Assembly (NCBI GenBank): GCA_000320545.1
Contig: ADNK01000247.1
Location: 21,300 to 85,299, forward strand
DNA: 64,000 nt
Origin: Bigelowiella natans CCMP2755
Taxonomy: Eukaryota > Protista > Cercozoa
Reading direction: 5' to 3'
This document shows positions 59,866-64,000 of the stretch, one piece after another. The translations under genes were made by a program, and so were the position numbers. The notes below the pieces were generated by a model. The model made no database searches. It was not told where the DNA came from and worked only from the letters and a program-made list of their open reading frames with translations. How positions within the stretch are numbered: the first letter of the stretch is position 1; the number at the start of each line of letters is the position of its first letter.

Positions 59866-60900
59866 CATCGTGATCGTAGTAACCGTCGTTGCTGTTGTCG
59901 TGATTATTAAAACAATGATCACCCTTCATTCATCATTGATGCCGTTCCGTTTAGGTTATTGAAGCCCGGTCGGTGAAAGGAATTAACAACAGCCACATGT
60001 CGAACCCCCACTGCGTCGTCGCTTTGCAACCCACCACCCAGGTAGTAGTAGTAGTAGTAGTAGTAGTCCAAATACAGATTGGGAGCTGAAAAAAGCGAGC
60101 ATATTTCATCTCCTTTTCACGCGTGGTACCGCGGATGATAGATAAGAGCGATGAGAACAATGAAGACAAAATTGTTGGAATAAACAACCTTTTAACCTGA
60201 ATCCAGGTATCTCGCATGACGAAAACACAGGTCGGTAGCACCATCAATACAGCCATATAGAGTAGACCTCACATCGTCTAATGCCCCGCAAAAAACGGTG
60301 TTTGTATTGTCCTTGCATTGTCGTCGCTTCAATCCCTTTTGAATTCCTCCTTCCATCCCCATGGCTAGAGTGCCACCGTCAACTGCGTCTGGAACGAGAC
60401 GTTTGTGTTTGAGGACATCTTCTTGTCCAAAGGTACTGCTACCCCTCTTAAGTGCATAATGATAAATGATGGATGATGATGATAAGATAATGATGATGAT
60501 AGTGATGGTGGTGCATTAATTTCAATCTATACGTCTCTCACCGACTCTTCTTTCTCCCCCCTCCCCTCGATATATCATTCATCAGAGGAGTTCGCGGCTG
60601 AGAAAATCGGCTTGAATATATACAGCCGAAACTTCTTTGTTGTCAATACGTTAGTAGGTCAGTGAATGGCAGGGTGCATGTAGAAGAGCAAGGGGAGAGA
60701 AGAGGAGGAGAGAAAAGGAGAGAGGACTGCGATACAACTCCTCCTTACCATTTCCTAGAACAAAGATTGAACCTCTCATCATTATTAGCACCACCACCAC
60801 GATTCCTTGCTGTGACTACAAATAAGGAGTTCCCTTACCACTACTGCTACTACCACCACCAACGCTACAACCACGACTGCGAGGATATCAATAACGACGA

Positions 60901-60936
<36 letters not shown>

Positions 60937-61552
60937 AGGATGCTGTGAGTTTTCCCTGCAAAACGTCTATCGGCAGACGAACCATGAGTACTACAGAAAA
61001 TGGGTAAGAAGGAAAAGAAGATTGATGGATAGCGACCACATTTTTTCGTCGGGCCAGAGGAATTACTCACATGAATGTGGTGAGAGGTTGGGAGAGGGAG
61101 GGAGAGGGAGAGAGAGAGAGTTGTAGAAAGGCTATGTTCCGCAAACCTCTCTGCATCATCATCACCAGCATCATCATCATCATCATCATCATCATCATTT
61201 ATTTTCTTCTTGTGCTTGTCGTGGTGTTCTTCTTCTGGCAGGTGCCAATCGTACACCCTGACTACCCTGAAGTCGATACTGGTTTGTTGCGCTAAATACA
61301 TGCATTCTCACGTATTCTTCTCACGAACATGCAATCGTTCCAACTACTGCGTGGCAGTGTATCTTAGTGTGTGTGTGTGTGTGTGTACGTTACTTGCTAG
61401 GATGGCTTCTCGTGAGCGTGTTTGTGCTTAAACCTGGGGATCGAACGCCATTGTACAAACAGCCCTTGATGATGACGACGATGATGATGATGAATGATGA
61501 TGATGACGACGAAGACATACATTTTACATGTAACACAATTTATTTCTAAATA

Positions 61553-61598
<46 letters not shown>

Positions 61599-62115
61599 CA
61601 TAATGTCTACGTTATAGTATGACGCACGCACACACACATACACACGCACACACACACGAATATTGTCGTCGTATCTATCTCTCACACACACACACACACG
61701 AATATTGTCGTCGTATCTATCTTTTCCCAGCCACGATGTGGAAGCAGCGGGTTTTGCGAACACAAGTAATACCCCACCAATCAAAATTAAATAACAAAAT
61801 TCCTAATATACTTCCGCAACACTTAGATATATATTCTCCCCTCCCTCCCCTCCCTTTAATCGTTTGTTTCGGTGATTTCACGGCGTATTAAGAGCACACA
61901 TATACGCATATGCGCACACCAGTCATTGACGTATTTATCCCGGCTTTCGAGGGACACGTACATATGAGCTGATGATCTAACGATGAAACGGGCTACTACT
62001 ACTACTACTACTCTTCTTGCAGAAATTCTTAAAGAGCCGCAGAGTTACGATAAGAAGGTCTCAATTCTAAACGGTATGATGAATTTCATCATTTGTTTTA
62101 GTTGAGAAAACATAT

Positions 62116-62147
<32 letters not shown>

Positions 62148-62447
62148 TGCTACTCTTCTCCGTCCTCCATCCCCCCCCCCCCCCGTAACCATCCTCCCCA
62201 GTATTCGTCTACCGAGCCGAGGATTTGCTGCATAGGTGATGGCAAAACTACAACTAATTACGATTAATACAGGCCTTCGTTGCATGATGAATGACAAACC
62301 ATCCACAGGTCAAGTAGGCACATCCAACCGTTTGTGTCGGTGCGATTTCACGGCGTATCGATCCAAACCAAACCGCTGCAAAGCAGGTTCATTCAATTAT
62401 GCTAATACAACACCCCGCACGGAAGCTTGCAGTTATTACATTTATAT

Positions 62448-62490
<43 letters not shown>

Positions 62491-62825
62491 ATCTCTGCAT
62501 AAATAACCTCCCCATGTGCCTATCTATTTTGTACCATTTTTAAGCGCTTTTTCCCGTGTAAATAGTTGTAGATTAGAGACTCAAAATAATACAGGGGAAT
62601 TTACAAATCGGCTTCTAGTTTGCGTATACTCCTTTCCGTATCCCCCCCCTTTCCCCCTCAATATGCACGTTTTCCGACGTGGAGCATCATGTCGGTGTTG
62701 TTGCTGATGCTGCTGTCTTCTCTACACAGAAATCCTGTGATAAATACCAAGATCGAAATACCGGTAGAGATTGTAGATTGTAATGGTTTTCGTATGGAGA
62801 ATGAAGTGGCATTTGGTGCACGCAC

Positions 62826-62879
<54 letters not shown>

Positions 62880-63261
62880 ATGTGTGTGTGTTTGTGTGAG
62901 GTTCAGTAAATTTTGATATTCTTTTATTCGATGCCAAACCCTGCTCTCCTTTCTCCTTCGTTATCTTCACTTCCTCTTCCCCTCCTCCTCCTCCTCCTCT
63001 TCTTCTTCTTCTTCTTCTTCTTCTTCTTCTGTCCTAAATCATTAGTTTCAACGGCCTATCACAAGCGATGCGGTGGAAGTGCAGGTTCATTATGCAAGCC
63101 CCACGAAATTAGTATCTATGATATATAAACCTGCAAAAAGCATGCATATGTGATTTGGCTCGATGCTGTTTGTGTGTGTGTGCGTGTGTGTTTGTGTGTG
63201 TGTGTGTGCGCGCGCGAGTGTGTAGGTATTACCTAAATATATAGTAGCGATGCATGTTGTC

Positions 63262-63304
<43 letters not shown>

Positions 63305-63631
63305 CGTCTCATCATTCTTGCTTTGTTGGTCTAACACAAACACAACAACCACCAACTCCGCCTCTACACTGCAGCTCTGGGACTACGTTTACGGCCTTCC
63401 AGATGTACTAATAGGGTCAATCATCATCAACTATCATGAGCAGAGGTGGTGCTACTGTTGTTGTCGCTGCTGCTACTATGCTTACGACTGAATGAACGTG
63501 TCGTGTTTCATTGATGTGTTGTTCGTGGTATTATCGTATTAACGTAGTGTTTCTTGTGCGTTTGTTACTTGAAGACTTGACTACTCTCCATGGGGACCAT
63601 CCTGGAATCCCTTATATCGGGTACTCATTAT

Positions 63632-63695
<64 letters not shown>

Positions 63696-63831
63696 ATCAG
63701 GTACGTCGGTCGCTTACTCGTCCGCATAAGCGTCCAGCAGAACATAGAGGTGATAGGCGGCTTGTACGATAATGAATAGATATCATCATCATCATCATCA
63801 TCATCGTCATAACGCCTCTTACTACCACCCT

Positions 63832-63866
<35 letters not shown>

Positions 63867-64000
63867 TATCGGTGGTCGCAAACAAATCAGGATTTCGGTG
63901 TCTCGGTGCCACGTGCAATACCTTGTCGGCCGTACATGCCTGAGAAAAAACGCTGTCGCTACATCGCTCGCCTCACACTGCACTCGGCATCTGAGATCCC
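59599..64000 (+). CDS. Ferlin-like multi-C2-domain protein, 5' part (runs off the window)
   Basis: Exons VIEARSVKGINNSHMSNP, TVNCVWNETFVFEDI, IGLNIYSRNFFVVNTLVG, HEYYRKW, GWLLVSVFVLKPGD, NPVINTKIEIP and LWDY. Confidence 0.7.

Overview
Eukaryotic nuclear DNA, intron-rich and full of microsatellites. A bipartite signal-plus-transit leader suggests an alga with a secondary plastid, consistent with a chlorarachniophyte (inference). Recognisable spliced genes: a Nudix hydrolase, a Cet1/CYTH-type RNA triphosphatase, a TIGR04168-like metallophosphoesterase, an ankyrin protein, a large CLU-domain protein, a Cys-rich multi-pass membrane protein, an IMPase/BPNT-family phosphatase, a PHD-like + ARID protein, a UAS-UBX protein, a class I/II aminotransferase and the 5' part of a ferlin-like C2 protein. 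The most notable feature is a compact intergenic tRNA array at 51798-52168. An intronless tRNA-Tyr(GTA) is followed by three tRNAs (Ile-AAT, Arg-TCG, Ile-TAT) that share a non-canonical cloverleaf: no connector between acceptor and D stems, a small D loop and a 6-bp anticodon stem. A single T6 terminator closes the array, suggesting one polycistronic Pol III unit. The second signal is a set of intergenic islands almost devoid of TpA (except in CTAG) but retaining CpG, suggesting targeted TA->TG/CA mutation. Gene boundaries were read by eye and are approximate.
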